Position numbers and translations under genes: made by a program. This document shows positions 63,757-64,000 of a DNA stretch of 64,000 bases, in pieces. The notes below the pieces were generated by a model that was not told the DNA's origin, did not search any database, and was given only the letters and a program-made list of their open reading frames with translations. The first letter of the stretch is position 1, and each line of letters begins with the position of its first letter. The DNA lies in assembly GCA_051313645.2 (NCBI GenBank), contig JBNRSN020000012.1, positions 32,550,001 through 32,614,000 of the forward strand, in the 5' to 3' direction. The stretch comes from Centroscyllium fabricii (Eukaryota).

Positions 63757-64000
63757 TACGTATCGTCAATAGTCTAATAAAACTAAAGACGCGTAGTTAC
63801 CTTAACTATAGGCTTTTATTAGCTTACAAAGGAGCTACTCTCCGATCGAACATCAGGTACAGAATGAATGGGGGCAGGTCAGACCCCACCTATAAGGCAC
63901 TCACCTGAGGGGAGGAGTTAGAGGTCTGGCTGACCTGACCCCGCGACAGTGTCGCAATACAGGACAGTTGTGTCATGCACTCGGCCGCTATACATACAAG
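63757..64000 (-). mobile_element. Probable second LTR, cut by the window end
   Basis: Shares aggcttttattagc and overall layout with 63437-63721. Left boundary uncertain. Confidence 0.45.

Overview
Vertebrate non-coding DNA, very likely from an elasmobranch (shark), judged from its HE1/V-SINE-type SINEs, Deu-domain (SacSINE1-like) SINEs and CR1/RTE/Rex1/Penelope remnants. I found no host protein-coding exon, homeobox, tRNA, rRNA or known miRNA, and every recognisable ORF is transposon-derived. The window has two domains. (1) About 1-28 kb is CpG-retaining, almost transposon-free and dense in clustered TF motifs (Hox/Pbx, Cdx, Fox, CArG, Gli, RFX). This looks like the flank of a developmental-regulator locus whose gene lies outside the window. 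(2) About 28-64 kb is CpG-depleted and packed with nested SINEs, LINEs, MITEs and solo LTRs. The most notable signal is a family of ~120-bp Penelope-derived pseudo-LTR mini-elements carrying a minimal type I hammerhead ribozyme. I saw four insertions (8.76, 12.70, 16.08 and 23.62 kb), all inside the otherwise TE-poor domain. Two have intact ribozyme cores, and two have inverted structures with target-site duplications, one forming a perfect 46-bp hairpin. A second, different Penelope remnant (GIY-YIG plus hammerhead) lies at 36.5-37.1 kb, and an RTEX-like LINE pile-up sits in a (GATA)n/(GA)n microsatellite at 17-20 kb. Family names come from motif recognition only; no searches were run, and repeat boundaries without TSDs are approximate.
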